This document shows, in pieces, positions 52,646-64,000 of a stretch of 64,000 nt of DNA. The number at the start of each line of letters is the position of its first letter. Positions within the stretch are counted from its first letter, which is position 1. Below the pieces are notes generated by a model. The model was given only the letters and a program-made list of their open reading frames with translations. It was not told where the DNA came from and did no database searches. The stretch covers positions 85,128,001-85,192,000 of the forward strand of contig NC_045696.1 in NCBI RefSeq assembly GCF_009834535.1, written 5' to 3'. Made by a program: the position numbers and the translations under genes. The stretch is from Camelus ferus (taxonomy: Eukaryota).

Positions 52646-54977
52646 CAGAGATTAAAAAAAAATCAAAATATGAGGAAGCAATCCCATTTCTGGAACAAAT
52701 AAGTTAAAAGAGGACAATTAAAGGAACTTAGGAGACACCCTTAGTCTAATACAATGTATAAAGCCCTTTGGAGTGTGATTCAAACAACCATGTAAAAGTA
52801 AGTTAAAATTTATATTTCCTTATAGATACATATTTCAGTATTACAGGAAAAATGAAGGTATGTCTAGTGTTTACTTTAAAACAATCTGGTAGGGAGACAA
52901 GAGAAAAGGATAGAGATAAAAAAAAGTTTGGAAATATATTAATAATGATTACAGCTGTTTGATGAGTACATGGCAATTTGTAATTTATTCAGACTCTTAA
53001 ATATGTTTGACAACCTCTACAATACAAAATTAAAACATCTACTTTTTCATGATGCCATTTAATAAATACAAAAGCTTCTTTACTTATTTTTATATATGTC
53101 TTGGCAATATTGAGAGGTAGGCCATTTTTATTTTTTGAGGTAAAGCTAATAATGCTTTCTTGAGTCTCTACTTCCAAATTTAGGGCTGTATTCCTAACAA
53201 GGAAAAATTATCATTTTTTAAGCTAAGCTTCTTTCGAGAACTTTAAAGGTTGTCTACAACTTCCATATGGCGAAAAATTTTGTCAAAGCATTGAGCAGAA
53301 TAAAAAGAGCTCTGAACACTAATGAAACTCTTGAAAGGCTTAGTCTGTCTGATTTTAAAAGAAGGTAGCCACACTGTGTGTGTAGTATTTTTTTTTTTTT
53401 TTGAAAATCATCCATTAGCATTAAAATTTATTTCAACATGTTGTGGGTTACATCAATGAAAATATTTTTCCAGTTGTTCCCTCATCTTGTTAGTGCAAGT
53501 ACCCTAACAATTCCGGAAACTTCTAAGTTGTTATATGACTTCAGGCGCTTGCCACACCAGTCAGAATACAATTACTCCAGGCTGGAGTAATGAGTCTCTG
53601 GAAACAGCTTCTAGATAAATTCTTCCTCAGTAGGAGTTACAATGTTTAAAACCTAGGCAGTATCAACAGTTATGCTTCCTGTAATATGGAAAGATAAAAA
53701 AGTGAGGGGACAAAACACAACCAATACACTGAGAAAAGCAGACACAAGAGCTTGAGAGTCCCTATGAATTTTTTTGAGTCCTTATTTTCAGTAGGGACAG
53801 AAGTCCAGATGCATTTTCATCCTTGCAATTTGGTTATTTATATTATCTTTGCATTCCATAACCCGAAATTCCTTTTAATGTTCAACAGAGATACTATCAC
53901 TTATGAAAGTGAAAAATCAAAATCAGTTGGATATAAAGATCACTTGGAACTTGCCATGTGAAAGACTGCTTGAAATTTCAATTTCTTATGCAAACTATAG
54001 CTGTTTCCTCTTCAAGTTTACTTTGATGCAGAAATACAATTTGCTTTTGGTTTTATTGAGAAAATTTTTAAAATGTATCTACCTCTCTGAAAGTAGAATT
54101 CATTTGTGAATGAAAGATAAAACTGAGAGAGACATAACTCTTTGTAAAAATTATTTCTCTATCTCTGTGAGGGGAATAAATTTTCAATGCAATAAATTTC
54201 ATTAAAACATTTGATAAAATTATGTTCATTTTTTCTGGGGAGAAAACACCAGTTTCATTAGTTACTCAAAGGGATCTATGACCAATTATGTATTAAATAA
54301 TACAAGTTTTTTTTTAATTACATATATAGTCATATATATTGAGGGTTATCTGTGCTCTTCAGAAATTCTAATTATTTGAATTTTATTTATCATGTAAATA
54401 GTGTATTTGAATAATTTTCTGGCTCAAACAAAGAACTTAGTTGGCATCTTTTTAAGGAAGAAAGAAAAAAAGACTGGTATTGAAAATAAACTTAGAATAC
54501 ATATTTATTAAATACAATTGAGATTTATATTTTACAGTTGAAATAAAAGTAATTCTGAGATGTTGTTATAGTCAAATGAATGAAGATGTACTTAGAAATG
54601 AATGATTTTTCAATATTCTTTAGCATCAAAAAAATGTTAGGTAGAAATTAATACATAAATAGAGGAAAAGTTATGTATCAGAAATAAGGAAAGAACAATA
54701 GAGAAAACAATAAAAAGGTATATGATTGCAATATTTAAGCTTTTTTAACTGCCAATCCCTTGACTATAAACAGTGAAGAAAGATACAATAAAAATACCAA
54801 AAAATTATATTTATCTTATACTACTGACAGATAATATTTTGAAAACAATTATTTCACTCTACTGCTAAAAGAAAATCTTACTCCATTACTTAACCTCATT
54901 TGGGTGTTAATTGTTTGCCTCAGGCAAAAATTTCCAGCCTGACTTACTTAGTTTCGCTTCTCACACTTGCTCGTTGT

Positions 54978-55330
54978 GTCGGTCTGTGTACTCTGGGAAG
55001 TGAGCACCTGGACAGAGGTAATAGTGCAAAATATTTATTAGGGGTTAATGACTATAAAAGATGAAGGGAGAGGGAACAAGAGTAGAATAAGAAAGCATTC
55101 AGACCATGATGCAGATCTGAAACCTGTGAGAGGAGATGGAGGAAAAGGAAGACTGGGTGGAAAAAATGTCTGACTGTGACTTAGCTCTAAGAAAGTATTG
55201 GTGAGTTCAAAGAAAAGATCTGCCCAAAGATTGATGATAGAGGAGTTCCCATCCAGGCAGACACAGCAGAAACTGATCAGCAAGAGGAGACAAATAGCTG
55301 CTGTTACACCACTGGGGCAGGAAAAGTATG
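54978..55330 (-). mobile_element. LTR16-like LTR
   Basis: agtgcaaaatatttattagggg...cattcagaccatgatgcagatctgaaacctgtgagaggaga. Right boundary is approximate. Confidence 0.7.
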
Positions 55331-55399
55331 CAGAAAACTCAAATACTTCATTGGGTTCCTCTTGGTATGTCCCTGCCCAGTTATAACTGTAAATGGATA

Positions 55400-56010
55400 A
55401 ATGCAGCAAACCTAGCTTGAGTGCATGTAGATACCAGGGGCTCAGATTTCTCAAGAATAAAGATTTAAGTCACATCAGCAGGTAAATACCAAGACTTGTA
55501 AAGGTGAGATCAATAAGGGTGAGGGAGATTTAGAATAAATGGTGATGGAGGGAAAGGATTAACACAAGTCATGGCCCTAGGCTGTTTTGTGAACCCCCAA
55601 CCTTTTTCTTCTCAATCTCCCTTTAAAAGAAAGAGGCTCCTGAGAATGATAGATGCACTGCTTTCTTAAGGATGAAGAAATGGATGTCTTTAGCACGTCA
55701 TAGACTGTGGCATCATGGAAATATGCCACTCAGATCTCTCTTCAGGAAGGAACTTGCCATAAGGTGTGAAGTTAGCTGGGTGTCTCCAACTCAGTGCCTT
55801 TGGGATTCACTGCGGCATTTGTGCTGAAGGCATTATCTTCCCAGGCATATCCCAATAGAGAGCATTACAATGAAAACCTACATGACCTAGGCTTCCAGGT
55901 AAATTATGTCCCCAATGAGCTTTTCTATCAAGATAAAGCAGCAGCATCCCTGAAATACCTGAGGATGGAGCTCCCCAATCAGTGTGCCAATGCAGGGTGA
56001 TGTACAGTGA
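55400..56010 (+). mobile_element. ERVL internal 3' end plus start of an LTR16-like 3' LTR (from about 55706)
   Basis: agggtgagggagatttagaataaatggtgatggaggg (ERVL 3' internal), then tgtggcatcatggaaatatgccactcagatctctcttcagg (LTR16-like 5' end). Confidence 0.65.
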
Positions 56011-56059
56011 AGGGTTAAGAAGCACTGGAGCACATGATACTCTGCAATTAGCCAGACAC

Positions 56060-56735
56060 AGGGCAGGTACTGCATGAGTCCACTTTATGAGGAACTTAAA
56101 ATGGTCAAACTCATAGAACCAGAATGTAGAGTCGTATTTATCAGGGTCTATGTGGAGGGGAAATTGGAAGGTGTCAGTCAGAGGATGAAAAGTTTCAGCT
56201 ATGTAAGATAATAAGTTCCAGAGACCTACTGTAAATATAGGGCTTATAGCTAACAATACTGTATCCTCTGCTTAAAAAATTGCTCTGAGGGTAGCTTATG
56301 TTAAGCACTCTTATCACAAAAGACATTTTTTTTAATTAAAGAAAAAAATATAAAGAATGGCAAGAGGAAATTTTTCAAGATGATGGATACATTTATGACC
56401 TTGAATATAGTGACAGTTTCATGAGTGTCTACTTATTGCCAAACTCATCAAGTCATATGCTTTAAATATGTACAGCTCTTTTTTTGTTTTTGTTTGTTTT
56501 GCTTCTTTCTTTTTTTTTTAAGTGGCAGTTTCTTTTTATTTACTTATTTATGGGGGGGCGGTAATCAGCCTTATTTATTTATTTATTTATTTGTTTGTTT
56601 GTTTTTTAATGGAGGTACTGGGGATTGAACCCAGGATGTCATGCACGGCAAGCATGCACTCTACCACTTAGCTATACCCTCCCCATCAAATGTCTAGTTT
56701 TTTGTATGTCAATCTTACCTCAATAAAATGGTGCT
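56060..56735 (+). mobile_element. L1 (L1MA/MB-like) 3'-UTR interrupted by a SINE
   Basis: aaagtttcagctatgtaagataataagttccagagacctactgta...; resumes after the SINE as tttttgtatgtcaatcttacctcaataaa. Confidence 0.8.
56478..56684 (-). mobile_element. tRNA-Ala-derived SINE of the camelid (Vic-1-like) type
   Basis: Minus strand reads ggggagggtatagctaagtggtagagtgcatgcttg...cctgggttcaatccccagtacctcca, with A box (tagctaagtgg), B box (ggttcaatcc), (TAAA)n, attacc-C-run and A-rich tail. Confidence 0.88.
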
Positions 56736-59383
56736 TTGTTTGTTTGTTTGTTTGTTTGTTTTTTAAGTGCTACTGTATTCATTCTCATCACTGGTGAGTA
56801 GTGAGCCTGTGACTTCTGGAGTCACCTGGTCTGGCAACCTTCTTGTCCTTAAGCATTCTTCTCAGTTTCTCTGGTGTCCCCTACCAGTGTTATTATTTCC
56901 TATGCATATCATATCATGAAGAAGATTGGGAAGCATTGCCTTTGAGTATCCTGACAAAATAATAAAATCCTTTGAGAAAACAAAGGCACTTTTCTTTATT
57001 CTCATTAGCCATACTTACTGAATTCTATCTGCCCTTCAAATCCTGAATTGAAAACCAGCAGCTTCCTTGTAAACATCCCAGAGCATTGTGAATTCAGGAT
57101 ATATTGTGACAATTTATCAATAATGAGCGTCTTTGGACTACCATGGTCCACCCGCAGTCTTTTTTTTTCTTTTTTACTGTTTTTAATGCACTTCCATGCT
57201 ACAGGACGTGGAACTCGGGGAATACGCAGTATATCAGCATGTTTTCTGTGTTCTCACAAATTATTGATTTTAAAAAGCACAATATTTCCCTAAAGGGTCA
57301 AATACCTTGCAGCCTTATTTTATGTCACTTGCTTTGAGCACAATCTAAGATACGACAAAACCTTCTGTGACCTCTCCCTCTCAGAGTATCTTAGAAATAA
57401 AATTTCTCTGAGTTGGGGACTTTGGGGATGTTCATTCGGTGGAAAGCTAGAAGAAGGGCAAGAATAGTGTCATTTTTCTTTGCTACATTTTTGCTCTCTG
57501 CTATGTTCTATCCATAGAATGTAGATGAGAATGACCTCCAGGAATTCAAAATCCATCGCTGCCTGAAGTTCGTGGACGGTACTTCTTAAAAGTTGGCACA
57601 TGTCCTAATCATGTGTAGCCTTCTCTGCATGAGCCTTTTGGACATACTAACGGCAGGAACTGACTTTTCTCAGAGCTGCCGTGTACCTGAGATGAGGATA
57701 GGCTTCAGTATTTGAGCTTCATAAGAATAATCCAATCAATAACTGCCATGGAAAATGTTTTTCATAAAATAATTTGAACATATGACTGCTGCCGCCCACT
57801 CCTCATTGCCAGTAGACCCCTAGTGCTTCCATGTGCACCACTTCTATCACTGTGGCCTCCCCTGTTCTGGGGGTTGGGATCTCTGGAGCAAATTTAGCAG
57901 ATGCTTTACTCAGGTGGGACCCAGGAGCAATGCACAGCTGGGACCTCTCTGACATTTGTGACTTGCCTTTGAGACACCCTCCAGCACCCAAATATCTTTC
58001 ATATCATACATACTCGCATTTATGCAAGATAACCATGTCTAACATTTTCATTAAACGAATCAAGCGTTACTTTACTGGAGCCAAATGTCAAAGCAAAACA
58101 CTCTCAGGGGTTATAGAACTGTGCAGTTGCTTCCATCCTCTCTATTTAAACTAAGCTTTCAATTGCAATTATTATCATTGTTTTCTCTACAGTGACTGTC
58201 AGTATCTTGGGAAGAGCAATTATTGTGGCTCATTCAATCTCTAAAGTGACTCATTACTCTTTCCTCTTCTTCCTTTGTTACAAACTTCAGGATGAGGTAC
58301 AAGCTACAAAAAACAACAAACAAACAAACAGAAAAACCACCATCACCACTACCAACAAAAAACTACATTTGAGAATCACTTCAAATGGACCTCTGGCTAG
58401 AAAGCAAATCCCTTCTCAGTATGGCTTGGGAGAAAAAAGAAAGAAACATAAATGTGATCTCTAGGAAGGCATTCCTCTCCATATACTTCTTAATACTTTT
58501 TCTTGGGTGCTGTCTGGAAGCCAGAACTCCCTCTTGTACTCCTCTTTTATTCAAGAAGCAACTTGTCAAATCCTTACCTTCCTGTCTTTATACCTCACTG
58601 ATCTTTTCATCCAAGCAGACCACTCTTACCAGCGCTCAGTCCTGAAAGTTTATTATGGTGAAAAACAGCAGTGAACCACTGTTCGTTCAGGTGAAGACTA
58701 TAAGCAAGAGTATGATTTTCAGCTCAGAATGTCTATTCTACAGCATGGCCATAGTCTGAAAACATAAGGCAATCTAGCTAACAATTGACCACTATTACAT
58801 TATAATACATGAAGTGGCCAAAGACATTACACCATGTATTCAATATGTTGCCTATTATTATCAATGCATAACACCACGCAATGTGGAAAACTGCAATAAA
58901 CACAATGAATTAACACTAAGTTCCCTCCAGCCCCTGGGTGGCTTCAGATGATTTGTGTCCCTGATTTTCATTAAATAATCATGTGCTTTAGTACACTACT
59001 GAAGGAAGTTGATCTGTAAAAACAAAAACAAAAACAAATAAAAAAAACTCCGCAACTGCCCTCCCCCACAAAAAAAAAAACCCATAAATGATAACAATGT
59101 GTCTAGGCCTTATGACTAACTATATAATTTATTCTTTAGAACATGCATTGATGAAAACTTACGCTGTGCACTGGAGCGCAGCTGGAATGAAAAGAGTGGC
59201 TGTCCCCCTGGAGTAGATTATCTAGACAGAGTAAGTGTGCGTGTGATGCGCAGAGGGGAACACTGTGATACAAGAGCATACATTGGGGGACTTCAACCTA
59301 GCCTATGCAGTTATGGAAGACTTTCTGATAAAATGACATTATGCTCAGGTTATAAGGAAAAGTAGACATTATGGAAGTGAAAC

Positions 59384-59930
59384 TGTTACCCCAAAAGGTA
59401 AAGAGCCCAGTTCTTGTCAGTCCCAAAAGAGAAATTTACAGTCAGGAGAGGGTGCATTGTGTAGCAAAAGATTTTAAAAGATTTATTTGGACAAGGAGAA
59501 GTACACATCCAAGAACAGGAAGTGGGCTGATGCAAGGGAGGAAAGGCCAGGGCTTTTTGTCTCCCCTTTCTCTCATACCCTCACTTAGAGGTGGTCTTTT
59601 GATTGACGGCTCTTGTCCCTGGAATGTTTAGTCATGTTTGGCCCCTTTTGCGCATGTCCTTGCCAAGGTGTTTATAGAAAAGCCCATGGGAGGAGGTGGC
59701 GGGCTGAAACTGCAATGTTAATTAGAATGCAGTGAACACCGGGTTGTATCTGGTTAAGCCCTTTCTGCTACCGGGCACTCATGGCTGTAGGGCTCTAACT
59801 GATTTCTTGCTGGCATTCCTGTAGAAGAAGTGAAGTCCCTTTATGCTGGAGGTGGGCACAACGTCATCTGCAGGACATTCCTCTCCTCCCCTATCTGCCC
59901 GGTGCCCCCAGCTTCTCTAACTGCCTAACA
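59384..59930 (-). mobile_element. ERV1-type solo LTR, 547 bp, perfect 4-bp TSD
   Basis: TGTTA...TAACA inverted termini; aaac at 59380-59383 and 59931-59934; reverse-strand poly(A) signal tttatt at about 59482. Confidence 0.9.
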
Positions 59931-60330
59931 AAACTACTGAAATGAATGGTTCGGCTCAGTCTGCACAGAGGATACGTCATTTGTAAAGCACTGGACTAGA
60001 ATTCGAATGAGGTATATTTGAGGCACCCACTGTAAAGAAGTTTGGACTGTCTGGGTACACAACATAGTCCAAGGGGTCTGGGAAGTTAAGGCTTTATGTC
60101 GAGATCCTTAAAAGCTTCATTAAATGTTTCAGATTCTGTAAGAGGAGCAGTGGGAATTCTTTATAAAATGACTGACACAGATGAGTTCTTATTTGAAAAT
60201 ACTGATTTGGAGGAGGGCAAATGGATGCAGGGAAGCCAACAGGAGATTATTGCAGTGGCTAGGACAAAGATGTGGTGACCCACTCTAGTGGCAATATGCC
60301 GAGATGTCAACATACAGTTTAAGAGACATT

Positions 60331-60521
60331 TGGGATTTGCAGACACTGACTATTATATATAAAATAGATAAACAGCAAGGCCTACTGTATGGCACAGGGA
60401 ACTATATTCAGTACCTTATAATGGCCTATAATGAAAAAGAATATGAAAATACATGTGACTGAATCACTCTGCTGTACACCAGAAATTAACGCAGCATGGT
60501 AAACCGACTATACTTCAATTA

Positions 60522-60568
<47 letters not shown>

Positions 60569-60578
60569 ATATTGTTAA
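60331..60578 (+). mobile_element. 5'-truncated L1 3'-UTR with (TAAA)n tail
   Basis: ctactgtatggcacagggaactatattcag...ctgtacaccagaaattaac...(taaa)n; TSD aagagacatt (60321-30) / aagagatatt (60579-88). Confidence 0.88.
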
Positions 60579-63500
60579 AAGAGATATTGGATAGGTAGAG
60601 TTAATCAACTGGATTTGGAGACTGATAAATATAGTGGGGGATAGAATAAAAGATCAAAGATATTTCCAAGGTTGAATAATTGCAGATTATTTAATGAGCT
60701 ACAGAGACCTGGAGAAGGGACAAATTTGTGAGAAAAACAGAGCTACATTCTGAGTTTGAGATAAATGAGCTGTCCATTAGGTATACAGAGGATAGGATTA
60801 GGGAATTATCTGTTTATAGATGGTAATTGAAACCTTCGGTTGCATTCATGCACGTGAGTGTGCATTCAAATGCTTGATTGTTTGTTTTGTACTTTGATGC
60901 AGAAGCAGTTAAAGCATGTTTAAATGTGTCTGGGATAGAACCAGTGAAGGAAAGAATTCAGTCCAGGACTGAAAAGGAGTAATTTTGTAGCTAAATAATT
61001 GTTTAAGCATCTGCAGCTACTCACTCCTTCTGAGGAGCATGGTTTTGGTTAAGTGGGGGGTCTTTCATCTATTGAGTACAAGTTGTTACTGTCGATAGAG
61101 TGGCTTTTCATGTAGCTGAGAAGTTTTAAGAGCTAAAGCAAGTATGCATTTAAGAGATATCTGACTTAGCTCACTTTACCTGCATGGAAAAACAAAACAA
61201 AATAAAGCAAAATAAAAAAAGAAGAGCAATTGATACACAATAGGAAACAAATGAGAGTGGAAAAAGTAGGACCAGAACTGCTGGGCTCTTTCTGTAAAAA
61301 GGAAAGAAAAGAAACTTAATGCTGGCAACCATCTAAAGGGATTGAGGAACAGATTTTAACTTGGGTCTCTGAGTGAAATTCTGCTCAGTGTTGGACATAA
61401 AGCTACTCTTGAATTCCCCCCAAAAACCTTAGTAAAGTCATCCCTTCTTATCAACACCCTCATGCAAGTTGATTCCCTGTATTGAATGTAAAGGACCCTG
61501 TGTTCTCTGTCAAAGAGGCCCTTGGGCCAGTCAACATACACACTGACATTACACAAGGTCTTTTGTGTGATGATAGAGAATCCGAGCCCAGAGGTAAGAA
61601 TGGCCCTGAGGGTGAACCACACCTTTTCATTATAATAGGTTGGGGAAAAAATGAAAACAAAATGTGGATAGATGAGTATGGAAAATTCAATCGCACAGCA
61701 AGGTCAATTGCTGAAATGGATGAGTGAGGTGAAGCCAGTTTAAGGATAAAGGAGAAAAGCTGAAATAATTATAAAGGTTGGGCTTGTGAGCTTACAACGC
61801 GATATCAAATGTTAAACTGACAAAAAGCACTGGGAACAACAGTGAGTGCCAGTGTGTCCTCCTTTCAGACAGGCTCAATAGCGAGGGCACAGCTGTGGGT
61901 CAGGAGATTAGTTGAATCCCACCTACAGGCTGATAGTTTTCGGTGCTGAAATGATGAAAGAGAAGAGAACAAGAGAACTAACCTACTGATCTGACAACTT
62001 TTGTTCCTAAGGGTCCCTCCCCCAGAAGATAAAATTCGTGAGGTATTTCTTCTTAAGCATGCTTTAAAATACTATTTAAATCATGGAGAAAAGCAAATTA
62101 AAACTACTAGCTTTCTAAATCCTATTTTATGTAGAATCAAAACATAAACAATTCAAAACCAAACAATTAACATCACATGTAACTCACAAAATATACTCTT
62201 ATTTACCCAATATAATCATTCAAAACATATGCTTTCCAGATTCCTTTTTTTTTTTCCAAAAGAAAGCATTATCCTGCTTTCTTCCCTGATGCAGTAGATG
62301 GTAGTCCTAAACATGGAACAATGATTTGTTTGATTGTACATCACCCATCTACGTGTGTTAACCACAAGAGCTTCTCAATTCCCAAATACAAATCACAGAT
62401 TTGGACATGTTGGCCTGTGGGAGAAACCATACACATGCTGCAGTGACTTCAGTGTTTCTTTATAGGTTTTTACAAAAGTTTGTCACAACAGTAATGTTTA
62501 CATTTAAATTATAACCCCCAAACCCAAGTGAACACTCTAGAAGGAACCAGTTCTTTGGGGCTTTGCCTTGATCTATTTATTTCACAGGATGACTAACAAC
62601 ATTTTGAGAAGCCTGCAAGGACCAAATAAAAATAAAAAGCCATCTTAGCACAACCCAGACATACCCTTCCATAACTGTAGATCATTGTAACAAAGCAAAA
62701 GTTCCTTGCACTGTTCCTTCCCTCAGGCCTCTCACCTTTTAAAAAAGAGCCAACAAGCTACAATGTGTTCAGTGTTGCCCATTTTGACATTTGTAATTTG
62801 GAAATACTTTCATCTACTGATATGAGAAAAAAAATTAAGCAAAACTTAAAGAGATATTTGTGAAATTAAAAAAAAACACATTATTTAAGTGGCAGTGGTG
62901 TCTTATGACCTTCATAAAAAATATTCATACTTAGTTAGCGTATGACCCCAGAGCTTTCCTTTGGGCTGCAGTAAGAACTTCTCATGTTCTGAAATGCCTA
63001 CGATGGTTATCCATCCACTGAAGAATTCATTCTTAACCCAATAATTTACCCTAACAGCAATAAATATTGTGGCATGGCCAAGCAGAGAGAAACATTATTT
63101 TCTCACTGTTTTTAATGATGTTCTTATTAAAATGAAATGTAATAAATTTCTTATTATATATGAAAATGTATACATTCGTATATGTATATAAATGACAGAA
63201 TGTTCTATAGTTTCTAGTGTTTCAAGCTGAACAAAGGTGTAGATTCTCACTGATTTCCCAGTTAAACTAATCAGTTAATGATTCACTAAGAATTTTAACT
63301 TTAAAGTAGCCGTATTATTAAAAGATAGGCACTTTCTGCAATCTTCCTGTAGAATACAAGAATTTATCCCTAATTAAGTTTACATTTTGTCCTATAGTCA
63401 TATCTCTTTTAAATTAATGACATGTTGAAACACTGTAGAAAGGCATGTAACATAAACTGATATAAATATTGACATTAATTATTTTTATTCTATATTTTCA

Positions 63501-64000
63501 TAACTCATGATCTATAAGGTCTCATTACATAATAATTTAATAATGTTTACTATACAAATATAGCCTTCAATTCTAGTTTAATTTAGTTAATTTATATTTA
63601 ACATTTAAGTTTTACTAAGAAAAGAGAAACAGACTCCAGGATGAACTAAGATTTGTACTTTTGCCATGGTAAATTTTATAAAAATAACCTGCTTTACAAT
63701 AGATAATATTTTATATTCATGTGTAACAAAACTTTTTGTCTACCAAATTACATTTTTTGCCAGAAAAGGAGCATTATTTCACATAAAGCTCTCAGATTAT
63801 GAATGCCTTATAATGGAGAGTCTTAAATAAGTATATTTTTCTATTTCTGTTTATCAGGAATATGCCTTTCCTCTTGTAGAACTCAAATTCCAGTACAGAA
63901 AAGCATATTTCATAGTAATATATGTGTGGTTCAGTTCTTTCGTGGCAGGAGATTCTTCCTGAAAGGGGTTTAGATACCTTGTTATGCACATTTTCTTTCT

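Larger units (their letters stand above)
59130..60850 (-). mobile_element. L2 remnant carrying nested LTR and L1 insertions
   Basis: gatgcagggaagccaacaggagattattgcagtggctaggacaaagatg; aaagatatttccaaggtt; tttatagatggtaattgaaacc. Confidence 0.65.

Noticed and set aside
53571..53591. Perfect 10-bp-arm palindrome attactccag-g-ctggagtaat
   Set aside because: One such palindrome in 64 kb is plausible by chance and has no supporting context.
55038..56256. 138-aa and 149-aa minus-strand ORFs
   Set aside because: They lie in LTR16/ERVL and L1 3'-UTR sequence; repeat-derived chance frames.
56610..56684. Possible tRNA-Ala gene
   Set aside because: Carries a SINE tail, sits inside an L1 and has a degenerate anticodon arm; it is a SINE head.
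1..64000. Prokaryote-type systems (CRISPR arrays, operons, defence or retron-like loci)
   Set aside because: The sequence is mammalian repeat-rich DNA; there are no regularly spaced repeat-spacer units and no dense long ORFs.

Overview
This is AT-rich, CpG-depleted mammalian genomic DNA, not prokaryotic, so there are no operons or CRISPR arrays. It is most likely camelid, based on a tRNA-Ala-derived SINE of the Vic-1 type at about 56.5-56.7 kb. The window is dominated by decayed transposons: L1 and L2 LINEs, MIRs, MaLR (MLT1) and ERV1/ERVL LTRs, Tigger and mariner DNA transposons, and microsatellites. I cannot support any intact protein-coding gene; nearly all listed ORFs are chance ORFs or repeat-derived. 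The most structured locus is a rearranged class I endogenous retrovirus at about 6.7-11.5 kb. There, a minus-strand pol (connection-RNase H-integrase) and env (signal peptide to start of the immunosuppressive domain) abut a plus-strand LTR plus tRNA-Leu-type primer-binding site. Other notable items are two clean minus-strand exon-like units at about 16 kb, a 114-bp near-identical local duplication with a second borrowed segment, a 5'-inverted (twin-primed) L1, an L1 with its RT core deleted, and a near full-length Tigger1. I found no convincing evidence of a novel biological system. Repeat family names come from recall of consensus sequences and need RepeatMasker/Dfam confirmation.
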